From positions 11,386,784-11,450,783 of the forward strand of contig CM121341.1 of the NCBI GenBank assembly GCA_051530055.1: DNA of 64,000 nt. Direction: 5' to 3'. The notes below the pieces were generated by a model that was not told the origin of the DNA, made no database searches, and saw only the letters and a list, made by a program, of their open reading frames with translations. Numbering within the stretch: the first letter of the stretch is position 1; each line of letters starts with the position of its first letter. Positions 24,601-37,305 of the stretch are shown in pieces. The translations under genes were made by a program, and so were the position numbers. Source of the stretch: Neoechinorhynchus agilis. Its lineage: Eukaryota > Animalia > Acanthocephala.

Positions 24601-27600
24601 ACGACGGTAACCCGTGGTAGGAAACTAGATGGAGAAAAGTGAAGCAAACAGGAACCACGGTTCGGATCAAAAACAATTTTGAATTTAAATTGGCTAGAGT
24701 CCGGAGCAAACACACCTCAGACTCAATCAGTGGACAATAAAACAATTCTAAAGTCGTGTCGATTTCCTTTATGAAAAATAATTCCTCCTTGGCTTGCTCC
24801 TTATTGTCATAACCAGCCATATCATCCATGCGAAAAATTCTGCAGTGAAATTCGAGAACGGATTGGTGGAGTGGACGGTGCGGTTACCCTTTGGAGGGTC
24901 TGAAAATCAGTACGTTTCGTGTCTATTCTTTTTTGCGCTGCAGCAATTGTGCCCATTACTGGGACTGAGAACAACGACGCAGGTTACCCACCAAATGGTG
25001 TTGAATAATGAAACTCGAGCAAATAAAAAGGTTAAGATTAGATCCGCAAAGAGATCGTTGACTCTGTCAAGGTGCACCAACGGCATTCAAGGAAAAAAGG
25101 AGAAAATGCAATGATTCATAATCCATGTAGGAGAAAGCTGTCATTGTGATTCGTTCAAGGACTTTTAAGGTTCAAAAGCAAAGATTATTACCTTATGTAC
25201 GCCCATTGCAGTCAACGGACTTCTGGGTTCACTCATATCACTTGAACTTTCCTCACTTGCGTCATACTCTGTCTCATAGTAAGGCCGATCGCAATGAATT
25301 GGATCCCTGAGATCCACAATTCTAATCTGTTGTTTAATCTTGTCACTCCAATCGCTCTTGAAAAAATCAATAATCTCAGAATCGGGTTTACTTCGCATGT
25401 TCTCGCTTGTTTCAGAACTTTCCATTTGTGATTTTTTTAGATTGTGCTTATTGTGGTACTTGTAAGGCATTGGCTTTAAGGCAGTGGAGGGAAATGTTTC
25501 TTGATATATTGAAGGCGATGTTTCGTTGCCTTCCTTCTAAATATTAAATAAAAGTAGCAAACACATCGATTTTAAAGGAAACATTTTGCTTCTAAACAAA
25601 ATTACCTGATCAAAGGTCCAAAATTCGGGGTCTTCGTAAATGTTTATCCCAGAGATGGATTGCAAAGTACTGAAACAAACTTTAAAACGCATCTGAATAA
25701 AATTAACGTCAGGCATCGTTAAGCACGAAGCCGCGATGGGAATTTAGCAGGTATACCAACGAAGAATGTCTTTCAAACCGTCTCAAAAGGTATTGGATCT
25801 CAATAAGAGTCCCGAAATACCAAAGGAATGCAAACATTATCCAACTATATGCCACTTGAAAGCTTGTCATATTGGGGTCAAATTAAATACAATCAAAGTC
25901 GACGCAACAAACTTGGTCTCCTCTTTTTCAAGAAGCAAGCTAGCTAACCACTAGCGATAACATTTGAATCTATGACGCAATTTAAAACCTACCAACCCTT
26001 TACAGAAGCCGAATTCATTAAAATCACAATAAATTTGTTGGCGTGAAAAAGTCGGAAAGCAATTTAAAAAAGAACAGCCAAACGGAAATCTTGCGTGTGA
26101 TTTAGAACTTACAACCATATAAAACCGAATGGGTACACGTGTAGAATCCTGGGAGAGTTTCGGGACATAAGATAATGTGCGTCGAAGATGTAGGCAGTGG
26201 AAAATCGGCAATGTATCTCAACATTTAAGGTTGACCCTGGTTTAAATTTTCCAACTGTACCCAGCATGCTGATCTTGCAAAGTCAGACGATGCAATGACC
26301 GCGAAGCCACAGTCGTGGCTTAATTTACAAGTGACTGTGGTCTGTACTAACAGTGGTCAAAGATTTTGATCTTCATTTTGAGAGGCGTGGGGACCTAGAC
26401 TGTTCCGATCGCCATGATATGCAGAATTCATCATCAAAAACGAAGAATGATGCGATACAGATTGCAGATTTACCTTAATCGACACGAAGAATGATTTCTG
26501 TAGCAAACATTCGAGCTCGATTATCCGTATCCATAGACTTTTCCATCGCTCCTCTGATATTTCTATTTGCTCAGTTAGTTCGAATCTGGTCGTTGAATCA
26601 AGGTCCAGACAATCTATGAGTTTCCGGATTGTAGTGTAGTATCCAGTCAACGATTTTATCCGCCTTTGAAAGTCCTGTTTTTAACAGAACTAGCGAAAAG
26701 ATTTGAATAGGTAATCGTACTTCTATTAAATATACAGATCTTCTAAGCAGGTATTTATTCCTTTCCTTGCAGCTAACCACGTTCAAGACACCAAGTTCGA
26801 TTTCACTAAGTTCGTTGTTCAACGTTTTGAGCGATTCGAACGCTTCTAAAATGAGGCATAACTTCAATATGTGATGCCGGTAGTGGATCTGATGCATCTG
26901 TGATTTCGTCGTATGAAATCTCAAAGATTTCGAAGTAATCGCTGCTAATTCGGTTTTGACCTAAATATTCCTTAAAGTTCAATACTGTCGCTAAAAAATA
27001 TTTCTCTGCAAGGGAAGTCTACACCAGAGTATGTCAATGTCTCACTTATATAAAAACTGGTTGTACCCATTAGAAAGATGTTTTGCAACTTTTGTCTTTA
27101 AATTTGTTTGAACGATATAAATCTAATAAGATTGTAAGCATATTGTCTTTTATCTTCGGGATTTATTGACGTTCGATTCGATCTCAGTTATTAATTGGCA
27201 TACAAATGACACCATAATCAAGGGAAAATCAAAGTAATTGACTACGTTAGTTGGACTTTTTTTTGGAAATTAGCGATCACCTAGTTGCATTCTTTAAAAA
27301 ATTCGAAATACTCAATAGAAACAAAATTGAATATGTGCCCGTGACGTTAAGAATTGGCCAAGGTACCCTCCATTATATGGATTCCTATAATATCGATTGC
27401 TTCCATTATTCTGTTCCTTATTCGTAAATAAAACACGTTTAGCAGCCTTATGAACGTGCCACGATTGTGAGATCTTAAATTTCATGAATTGTAAGAAATG
27501 GCCAGTCCATTTGCAGCCACGAAATCGAGCTGAAGCTCACACTTTTTCAAGTTACCTTTCGATATCTCTTCTATTGTTCGTTTCTTTGTTTCGGAGTCTT

Positions 27601-30070
27601 CTGTTTGTTCCAGGCAATATTGGTGCCCCTAAAATAAATGCCTTTTATTCTCTCAATCATAATTAACTTTACACTGAAGAAGGTGTCTCAAAACAAAGCA
27701 AACTCTGTTGTCAAAGACTGATTGGGACAACGATAGGTGAGAAATTCTTACATTCTTTGGGACTGCGTGGTATCCGTTAAGTTCGAATGGTGGATTGTGG
27801 TCGTTGACTACCGGAGGAATTACTTCATTTGTTGTTATTTGATTCAGATGGTAATTTCTCCTCTCGTTTAGATTAGACTGTAGATTCTAAAGACAAGTAA
27901 TGCATCAATGTCAGGTTGTCAAAATGAAGGAAGACGATGTTGAAGGGTAATGACTAATTTCGTGTGTCTAGAGGGCATTATATTTTAAACAACTTCATTT
28001 TCTATAAGAAAATATGAACAAATCTGACATTTTATAATTTAGGCCAATGGATATCCTTTGTTTAACCACTCCATCACAATTAAAAACAATTAAGGCACTC
28101 AAAATTAATTATTTTTATTTGCGGTATAAAAATTGTTCATCCTCAAAACCGACGGACTATTCAACGCCATATTTCCTATTACCAACTTCAAAATGTCACC
28201 GGTCATTCGAATCGACAGGAAATAAATTTTCGCGAAATCTAGGCTCAATTTTTTTGTCGAAATATTTCACCAGTCTCAGCGGCACGATCTACAAGTTTAA
28301 AATTAAATTCTGAATAATTTACTCTTCACATCTCTGCCATTTAGAGCTCTGAATAAACAAGCCTTGAACATTTCACAAATTATATGATTGCCAAAAAATC
28401 GTAAATATGATCTTTTTTACTCGAAACGACAATAACAAGGCTGATTTCTTGGGCACGTTGCCCACTGGATATCGCTCAACGAAGTGTATAAAATCACTTT
28501 CGAAGTTTATTAAAATTTTAATTTAATTTAGAAATTCATTTTACAGACTCTTAAAAAAAGCCGACAATAAACTTTGTCAAAAACAAATGTAAAGTATTTT
28601 AGGCGATTTAAGTCGGAGACAATAGTTGTTTGTTGATTTAAATGCAAAAAATATAAATCGAAGTATTCGATCATTTGAGATTTACATGCAATTGAACTTC
28701 AGTTTCATCCAATCAAGGCAAAACAACCAACTCTTATGGCGATTTCCAAAGAATTTATGGCATTTTCCTGTGACAGGGATGAAAATTTTGCTCGCTTTTT
28801 TTAAATTCGAGAAATAATGCTTTACCATCTTAATTAGAGGTTGTTATAATCCAATAGATTAACGGGATATCCAGTGAATATTATCCTCAGTGAAGAAAAA
28901 TGCTTTATGTAAAAATCTAAAAATGTTGCACATATCAATTAATTACAATGGGATATTTCCTTAGGGGAAGGGAGGTCATTGCATGTGTTCGAAAAGATTA
29001 ACGACCTCGATTTACGCCTACACTTGTCGGGAGTTCTATGGTTTCCTTCCTCTGTATTTTCTCAAGGTCGATCCTATTTGAGAAGTAACACATCTATAGG
29101 TATAAACTTTACGCAACCATCAACTACTCAAAAAGTGTTTTCTTGTATCTATGTTCACAAAATGATCACCATTAAATATTCATTTCATTGGCATCACCGA
29201 AAATCTTGATGATTTTTCTTGGAGTGAAAGAATAGAATTTCGACCTTTTATATTTTTTCGGTATATTGGACAGATTTATGGTGCCGGTTTTATAGTAATT
29301 CAAGGAAATGCTTTTAACTAAACGTTAAGCTTCTTAATGTTTTCGATCAACTTCAAGTGGTGAAAATTAATAAATTCAAGCATTAGAAGGTTAGTTTTTC
29401 TTATGAAAATTAGGATTTTCAGAAGTTGAGAGGGTACGCTATAGTAGGCGGTTTCCGACTCGGTTGAGCTTCCGTATGTAAAGATAAACCAATGCTGAAG
29501 TCGGTATTGAGAGAAATTAAAAAATGGGAAGGTTCGTGGGATTTTAGATAAAATCTTTTCTTCAGCAAATTTCACTTTTTCCAGAGAAAACGCCGCCAGC
29601 ACTAGGGGTACGACTTCGACCCATAGCGAGCTGGGTAATAACAATTCAATTAGTAAAATATTATGTTCGTGAAAAAATTAGTGATTACTTCTTTCCTAAG
29701 ATTTGGGACCTATTTAATTTCTCTCATTAGAAATTGTATCTTTTAAATTGAACACTGAATTCTTAAAATTCAAAGGATCCAGCTGATCAAATGTCCACCA
29801 ACTGATAAATTTTTGCATGTAGGATTATAGTATTTTGCCGGCTATTCTAAATGCGATTACGAAACTCACCTCACATAAATCAGCTATACGATTGTTCATC
29901 ATGTAATCATAATGCGGTTTGAGCGCATTCCAGAACTCATCTTTGAATGTATCGGTTCCTTTAGATTTTCCGTAAAATATTTGATGCTCCTCGGAATTTA
30001 TGTTTGATTCTTCGGATTTGCTGATGGCGTTAGTTGACATGACTAATTCGATCTCAGTTCGATGAGTCAT
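21607..30070 (-). CDS. Klarsicht/nesprin-like multi-exon protein with spectrin-like repeats and a C-terminal tail anchor (KASH-like); exon structure partly resolved
   Basis: Exon 1 30070-29870 (EFWNALKPHYDYMMNNRIADLCE|gtgagt). Exon 26674-26474 (EERWKSLWIRIIELECLLQK). In-phase exons 23059-22955, 22842-22664, from 22618. Last exon 22048-21607 ends in a TM plus 29-aa tail. Similarity to Klarsicht is from recall only. Confidence 0.6.
23023..23216. repeat. Exact 59-bp direct duplication (23023-23081 and 23158-23216) containing a minus-strand splice acceptor
   Basis: aagtgaggacgatttagagttgtgctcaataactcttctgtctgtttaaacgcgagctt occurs twice, 135 bp apart. Confidence 0.95.
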
Positions 30071-32409
30071 TGACTAAGAAAATATCTGGTAGATCTCTAA
30101 AGTTTTAAATGAAAGTGCTTAAAGTTGGTTGCTGTTTTCGAAGGGAAAAATAATGGTCTTTAGTCGGACTACGCCTAATGTGAATGGAGTAAAATGAAAA
30201 TCAAATATGCTGAAATTTTCAGCGAAAAGTATTTATAAACAAATTGGCAATGAAAACACCGACAGAGTTAGAGAATTTTCAATTTACAGTGGTTAGAAAA
30301 CAAAATATCGTTGAAAACAGTTGAACATTGGAGAAAGTAGACGTGCTAAAGAAATTCTATAGCTGAATGTTCTTTAGAAAATTTTAGGTCTCCATCAAAA
30401 AAATAATTGTGAAGTATTTTCGGTTAAGCTTAATTTAAGCAGAAACTAAAAGGTGACACGCTAAAAAAAGAATTTTGATCACGACTACAGTAATGCAAAT
30501 TTAGAGCTCTATTGCAATGGAGATTTTTTAAATGGATCCATTTGTACGGTATTTGAGAGCAGATTTTGTCATGATGAAAAAAATATGATTTGTAAGTATA
30601 GAAACGCGAATATATTTGATTATTTTAGAATGTAAATTGATTAAAAATGTTCTATTGTACATAATTCACTAGTGAGCCAGAGCGGTTACATAAGTTTTTC
30701 ACCGCTTGTAAGCATGGTAGATCGTCTTCTATTTATACAATCCCATTATCAATGCGTCCAATTTCAAAGAAATGCACTTGTCACTAAAATTAAATTTCTT
30801 GCCGCCGTCCTATAGAGTACCGGACCATCTATTTTGAAGCTAATATCGTGGACAGGCGTTCGCGCCAACGGATGCACCCAGTGGAATGTAAGTAGGAAAT
30901 TCCATAGAAAATCTAATAAAACACGACGCATAAATGAATTATTCGGTCTTATGTTTATTCAAAACGCTAGTAGGCGGAGAATGAACGCCATCTCAGCGAT
31001 CTACTTATCACTTCCGGTTAATTCCCGATCAGTGGCACTAAATGCCTGGTAGGAAGGCGGAGTCCAGACTTTGTCTCGACAAATAAGGAGATAGCTTGAA
31101 GAGAGTACGCTTCAAAAATGACAAATCTGGATATCGTTTTAGAAGCTACAAGTGTCTTGGTAGTCGACGTAAGTCCTTAGATCAACTGACCTAAATGTAA
31201 GCTGTCTAAACCTAGTCACACCCACCACCGTCCAGCCATCATCAATGGTCGAGCACATGAGTAGGTGTGGTAGAAAACGTCGAATAAAGACAATTAGGCT
31301 ATAAAAAGTGGCTAGACAGTATTTTCAAAGGGAAGATGGTGGTCATATGCCATAAAATGATCACACAATAATTCTTATATATTCATACGATATCAATCAT
31401 ATGAATATACACAAAATAAAGTCTCACCTGTCTCATCAGTCTAATGAAACTATTGGAAAGATGCCGTTTTTTGAAACGGTTTAACTCTAATGGTCCAATA
31501 ATGATATGTAAATTATATGGATATTAAGTACATTGAGATCGAAATTATTCATGCGGACTGGTATGCGTTATGCAACTCTTGTAGCATTCACGGTTTTATC
31601 AAAGCGGATAATCGAAATGTCTAACAAAGTATCCGGCTTATAATGAAAGGAGGACAGGTTTTATCTGATTAAATTACATGACACTTTCAGCAGGAACTTT
31701 GTATTTCAGCTTTAACAATGGGTTCAATTCATCATCGAAATCAAGACGATGAAACAAGTTGCAACTGAACAGAGGGCGTCATTTCAAAGCATGGTCTTAC
31801 ATGACCTCTATTCGAAAGTGAGAATTTCTTAACCATTTTGAATTTGTACAAACATAACCAAAGACAACAAACAATCTGCTCAATAAAGCAGATATGGATT
31901 CAACACCTATTCATTTCTTAAAGTTCTGAAAATGTCTTTAATTGTATCTTTCAAGTGGAGGATGTGAAGCCATTACTTTCACAATGAGTCTTATAAACGG
32001 TTAAAAGCGACTATTGAAATTCTCAATCGATGCCAATCATCCTAACGCTGGAAACAAATTCAATAAAATAAGAGATTTAGCGCAGGATTAGAATAAAATA
32101 TATTGCTCTTTTTTCAATGCTCATACAATCAAAGTGCTTTTTACTAGTAATGTTTTCAGAAGGTAGTCTAAATGGATATGGAAACGGACAATATTTTTGG
32201 CGATTTAGGATCTTGTTTCTGCAGAAATTATCTTAGTTTGGAACACACAGAGAAAGCGGGAAAAGGACAAAGGGTATTCGAAGTCACGGTATTATTGAAC
32301 ATGCCTTGGAATTTTACAGGACGATGATACAGTATCGGGCTATATGATTAGAAGTATTATTTAGGTCTTATCCGGTAAATAATTTTTGCATTAAAAAGGT
32401 TCTGCGAAC

Positions 32410-32479
32410 CTCGTTGGGTTCATAATCAGTTTGTTAGTTGCATTTTAATAATTAACAAACTGATGATGAACCCGACGAG
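32410..32479. other. 70-nt hairpin (pre-miRNA-sized or tiny MITE)
   Basis: ctcgttgggttcataatcagtttgtta pairs with taacaaactgatgatgaacccgacgag with one G-U and one mismatch. Confidence 0.5.
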
Positions 32480-32623
32480 TCCCATAGAACGTCGTTAATA
32501 AAAAGTTACTTATCTTAATAACACTTGTAAGACTTGAGTATTTGATAAAAGATTCATTTTCGATAGTCTCTTAAAAACGCAAATCTTGTTCGCTTTCACT
32601 CTAAGACATTCATTCGTTTCCGT

Positions 32624-33386
32624 TCAAACAAGTAAAGACGATCGAGAGGCATCCAATCGGACTCCTGCTAAAATGTTATCCAGAATCACACAGAATTCTT
32701 TATAGTTGAACATAATATTAGCTCCAACCATCATATATTCTCCAAGAGCAAAAGAGCTGTACAACAGTGGAATGCAGACAATGTAATTGTGAATATAGTA
32801 GATGAGAGCGCAGCAAAGTATCGAGCAAACGAATAATCCTTTATATTTGTTAAGCTGAGATCTTTGATTGATTGACATGATTCTCAATTGCTTACTTGAT
32901 AGTCGCATGTGAACGAGTGATGAAGCGATGAACATGCAGAAGGCGATCGCATGAATTAAATGAGTCAAGTCTCCAGCCGAGTCGATTACCGACAATATTA
33001 ACAAAGTTATTATCTCGGTAAAAATACTCCAGAGGAAGACGTAAAAGGTCGACGTCTGAGGAAAATGTGATTTTATGGAGTTTAGAAGTAATAGTCGGAT
33101 GAACGCGTGAATGAGTATCGATAAGTCCCACGTTATCCTGGTAACAGAGTCCGCGTTAATGGCTGCACTCATACTTGGGATTATATTGAAAACTTTGCAG
33201 TGAGTTTTATTCACTTCATCTCCATGAGACAATGATCATCGACCTTGAAGAAAGTGATCGGTAATCACTGACATAAAAGATGAAGCTATAAAACAGACAA
33301 AATATGCAGCTCAATGTTGGGAGAATCGCTGATGCTCTGGCTAGCAAGCGGGATATTGACGGAGGTATTGTCATTGAGAGCGACAT
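32624..33386 (-). CDS. PGAP2: PGAP2/Frag1-family GPI-remodelling membrane protein; exons 33386-33269 and 33219-32624
   Basis: LPTLSCIFCLFYSFIF...THCKVFNIIPSMSAAI, W...I.IHAFIR, C-terminal LYSSFALGEY. A 49-nt GT-AG intron restores the expected register; the exact junction is inferred. Confidence 0.8.
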
Positions 33387-33580
33387 TTTTGCGTCCGAGT
33401 GTCTATAGAAATTAGAGAAATATATTGGACGTTTATGAATCTTCTTTTTTGTGGTTTAGGCGCTAAAACTGGCGTATTAATAATATTTTAGAGAAGCAAA
33501 AAGGAAATGGACGGAAAATTGAGTGCTACTCTCATTTGCAGTGAGCCTATTGTAAATAAAGTATAATTGAAATGCAAATA

Positions 33581-34031
33581 CAGTAGAACGTCTTTATCCG
33601 AATTCATTAGGATTGGACAGCATTCGGATACGAGATCTTTCGGGCAAATCAAGTATTTAAAACCGGACTACAGATATCAAAGTTTCAGTTTCAATTAGCG
33701 ATGTTTGATTCAGAAATATGTGGGACAAACGATTACACGATCTAACATCGTAAACACTTGCAAACAATTGTTCGTTTGTCCCACATATTTCTGAATCAAA
33801 CATCGCTAATTGAAACTGAAACTATAATGAATAATTTCTTTACAAGATATCAAAGTTCTTAAGTGGTTAAAGAAAGCAAAATTAGCGTAGAATCACATAA
33901 TTTTAGCATTATTTTTTCTGTACCATTGATCTCTTGAATGGTTTTGTTTCGTCACAACGTCTCTAATTCTAACAAAGGACATTATTCTGATCCGGATAAA
34001 ATTGATGTTTTGGATAATCGACGTTCCACTC
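33581..34031. mobile_element. pogo/Tigger-type MITE (family C) with TA duplication and a nested hairpin insertion
   Basis: ta|CAGTAGAACGTCTTTATCCGAA ... TTGGATAATCGACGTTCCACTC|ta. Confidence 0.8.
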
Positions 34032-34689
34032 TACATTGAAACAACTTTAAATGTTCGACATTGACCGTACTAATTTCACCCAATCTGTAAACAATTTTAG
34101 CGGTTGAATAACAAAAATAATAATTCTAACTAATTTTGCGGGATTCTAACTAATTTTGCGGGAATTATCAATATCATCAAATTACCTATTTATGATTTAT
34201 ATTGTAAATGCCAAATAAAAAGGGCTGCGGAGAATCCCGGCGGAGTCGCAAGTTGTGTTCATGCACTCATCTCTGAGAAGATCTCAACTCCGAAAAAAAG
34301 TGTTAAAATATGAGAATTTTCTTAAAAACAAATATCTACTTTGATATTTAAAAAATCCACTTGGCAATATTTTAAATTTTTTTTGTATGTTTAATTTTGT
34401 ATGAAGATCAAATATTTTATTCGATTTTTTGGCAGAAATCATTGATTTGTCAGTTAAAAGAACACTTTGAGACTTAGCTAAAAACGTGAGTAACAATTGT
34501 GCTTTAAACGACTAAAATCTAAATCTTTAAAGCGAGATTTTTAATGATAGCAAAATTATTCCCAGTAAATTCTACGTCTATATGTCATACTAAGGAAAGA
34601 ATTCCTTCGATTGCTCAATTCGATCAAAATTGTTAACTAAAATGCGCTTTGTATTCGCAAAAGTGAATGTGATTTTCGTTGGTGAATGA

Positions 34690-35890
34690 TAAATGATCTA
34701 AGCATTAATCAATTTGATTCTTTTCATTTGAATTCCACTGAATTAAAGCAAGTTCTAGACGTCGCTGCTCCGTCTCAGACTCCACGCAATCTTTCACGCC
34801 CACACCTGAAACCTTGGTCAACCTGCCGATACTCTGCTCAGTGTCGTTATACGAAATACTACAGAATCTCAAGAAATTACCTCGAAATTCGTGCTCTCAA
34901 TCTGAAATCCCAAACTGGACTCTTAGCTACATCTTCCGCGAACTCATGGGCCTTCTTACCCACATTATAAATCACAGCTTTTTATATGGCATCTACCCCA
35001 TCCTTCTTCCAAAAAAATCACACCCTTTTCCGCCGAACCATTCCATCATCGAAAAAATGTTTTAAATCTCGCCTTTCACTTCTCAACTAGTTCGGCTTCC
35101 GGCCCAAATTTTCTGCAACACCCATTCACCACCCCACCCCCTAACGAAATCATCCAAATCATAGATTTCTGCACCAATCACAAACTCCACCTGAATTTCT
35201 CGAAATGCTTCGATTTGATCCCTTCTCTCCCGCAAATCCAACATCATCCCCTGAGCTTTTAAATGACATCCAACGAGTAATCTCCCTAAGAATTCTGAGT
35301 CTCCAATTTCAATCAAACTTGAAATAGGAATCGTACATCACTCTCGCCCTCAAGCTTAACACCTTTAATATTTATCTCGTCAAACGCCTTCTCTCCAAAT
35401 TTTATTTCAGCTTTATCTTACCATCCCTCACCTACGGTTACCCCGTATTTTGCAACCTTTCCAAATCGCTAATCCGTCGTCTTGAAATGTTTCATAGAAG
35501 AGCTTTTAAAATTTGCACAGTTAATTTTCCCTCCCTCACCGTGTGTTTTTATAAAATTTTCAACAAACAATCAAAACGTCTCTAAACCCTACCACCATAA
35601 TTTTTACCACATATCGCCCCTTTTCTCATGAACACAACACTCGTAATCCTAATTTGTTTCATCCTCCTTCGACATTGCACCTTCTTCCACTGATTTTCCA
35701 TACTGCCCAATTTTCTCGATTATCATTACCCGAAATGAACCTGAGGAAAAACTCAATCAAGCAAACTCTCCTGCACCAATAACCACCAATTTTCCCAATC
35801 TACCGCATATTTCCACCCAACCGAACCCGTAATCCACTCCAAAATAAACACCTCAATTCAAAGAATCTTTCAAAACTCGAGCGTTCATGA
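34690..35890 (+). mobile_element. Longest non-LTR retrotransposon copy; decayed, central RT region missing
   Basis: LKKLPRNS..IP...LTHIINHSFLYGIYP, FGFRP, then directly IIDFCTNHKLHLNFSKC and ILPSLTYGYPVFCNLSKSLIRRLEMFHRRAFKIC. Confidence 0.8.
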
Positions 35891-36075
35891 GGACCCAAAG
35901 GTACATAATTCATTTTGTTTTTAATTAATAAAACGTGTTATTATTATAAAATTTGTTTAATCTTTTCGTAGTTCCAAAGCTCGGGCTTTTCATTCAAAAA
36001 ATATAGCTTTCGGAAACACAATGTCACTGTTGATGTTTATTTTTCGATTTGAGCCGGGGAATAAGCGCTTTGAAA

Positions 36076-36248
36076 TTGTGGTGGTTTTTGGGTTGTGGGT
36101 TTTGTTTTTGGGTTGTTGTTTTTGTTTTTTGGTTTTTGTGTTTGGTTGTGTGTTTGTTGTGTGTGTTGGGTTTTTGTTTGTTTTTTTTTTGTTTTTTGGT
36201 TTTTGTGTTGTTTGTTTTGTGGGTGTTTGTTTGTTTTTTTGTGTGTTG
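36076..36248. repeat. 173-nt aperiodic tract made only of G and T
   Basis: No A or C between 36076 and 36248; no fixed repeat unit. Confidence 0.95.
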
Positions 36249-36759
36249 AAGCGATACTTCAATGATTTGTATTGATTCCATTTGGAGAATTAATCTTAAA
36301 CGACAAATTTACTCTCTCACTCGCTTTGGGGAAAAGGGCATATTTTAAAGTCGCTGATATAAATACTTTCCTTTAGACTGCGTTCTAAATATACATCAAA
36401 TTTTTGGCAGACTCACAACTGGATTTTTATAAAACTTACGCATTTTAAATTCTCTTAGCAGTTTCAAAGTATGACAAACAAATCGGAAAAGACATGAACA
36501 TTTTCAGTTTAATCTTCCATGATTAATTTGTCAAATCATCCATAAATGCACGAACGAAGTCCAAAATATCGCTTTTCTCCTCGGATCCTTTTTGCGGATA
36601 AAAGCTTTCCTCGTTTTATTAACCTAGAATCCATGATCAGATCACGCATAGAGACTTGCAGCTCTCATATGCATTGTTTCCCCGCACTTTAAGACCTTGA
36701 CAACCTTATACATGAGAAAACGCATCGCCTTTATTCAACAACCTTTGTTTCTAAGAGCA

Positions 36760-37305
36760 ATGCTGTCGCTTTTTCCGTGGTTAGTAGTGATGCTCTCCGT
36801 AACAAAACATTTGGTTGCATACCATTGGAGTGTATTTTTACCAGATCGATCTTCATATATGGACAATAATTCCGAAATGCAGGATGAAGTATCTCTTCAA
36901 AGACGATGGAAAAGATTTCCCAGATTTAATCATCTTAGCAGTAACTCTGAACTTCCCACTTTATCCGGATTATCATTCGCACAATTTAACTTAAATGTTA
37001 TTGGTGGAGAATCGCGTCCATACCCGTCTGTCAGAAAACCAATTGCGGATAATTCGAATAATGAGGAAACGACAAAGGATTTTGTGTGGTACCGTGATGA
37101 GCCTTCAATTGATGCATCAGCAAATCTAAATTTCCTAGCATCTTCAAGTATTTCTCCAGTTAAAAAATGTTCGGATCTCGATGTCCTTTGTCCTTTAAAA
37201 CTTCTTGATTGTGATCAAAAAGACGTAATTGAGACTTGTCCTAGAACCTGTGGAGCTTGTTCAATACCTTATCTTGATGGCAATAAAACTGCAAATGGCA
37301 TTTAA
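36760..37305 (+). CDS. Secreted precursor with a C-terminal ShKT (ShK toxin-like) domain, ~181 aa
   Basis: Hydrophobic N-terminus, RRWKR furin-type site, six-Cys CSDLDVLCPLKLLDCDQKDVIETCPRTCGAC. Upstream in-frame starts also exist. Confidence 0.8.
   Translation: MLSLFPWLVVMLSVTKHLVAYHWSVFLPDRSSYMDNNSEMQDEVSLQRRWKRFPRFNHLSSNSELPTLSGLSFAQFNLNVIGGESRPYPSVRKPIADNSNNEETTKDFVWYRDEPSIDASANLNFLASSSISPVKKCSDLDVLCPLKLLDCDQKDVIETCPRTCGACSIPYLDGNKTANGI

Noticed and set aside
28051-28059. ATATCCTTT U12-like donor (also GTATCCTTT antisense near 14880)
   Set aside because: Antisense to the host genes and no matching branch site; expected by chance.
30170-32330. Plus-strand exon-like pieces with gtaagt donors near 30592, 30888 and 31169
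   Set aside because: Possibly a real gene head-to-head with the Klarsicht-like gene, but I could not build a consistent frame or recognise a product.
34124-34162. Short tandem duplication (attctaactaattttgcggg x2)
   Set aside because: Ordinary slippage duplication.
35990-36281. Four overlapping ORFs rich in K/T/N/Q or F/V/C/L
   Set aside because: Produced by the G/T-only tract, which cannot encode stops on either strand.
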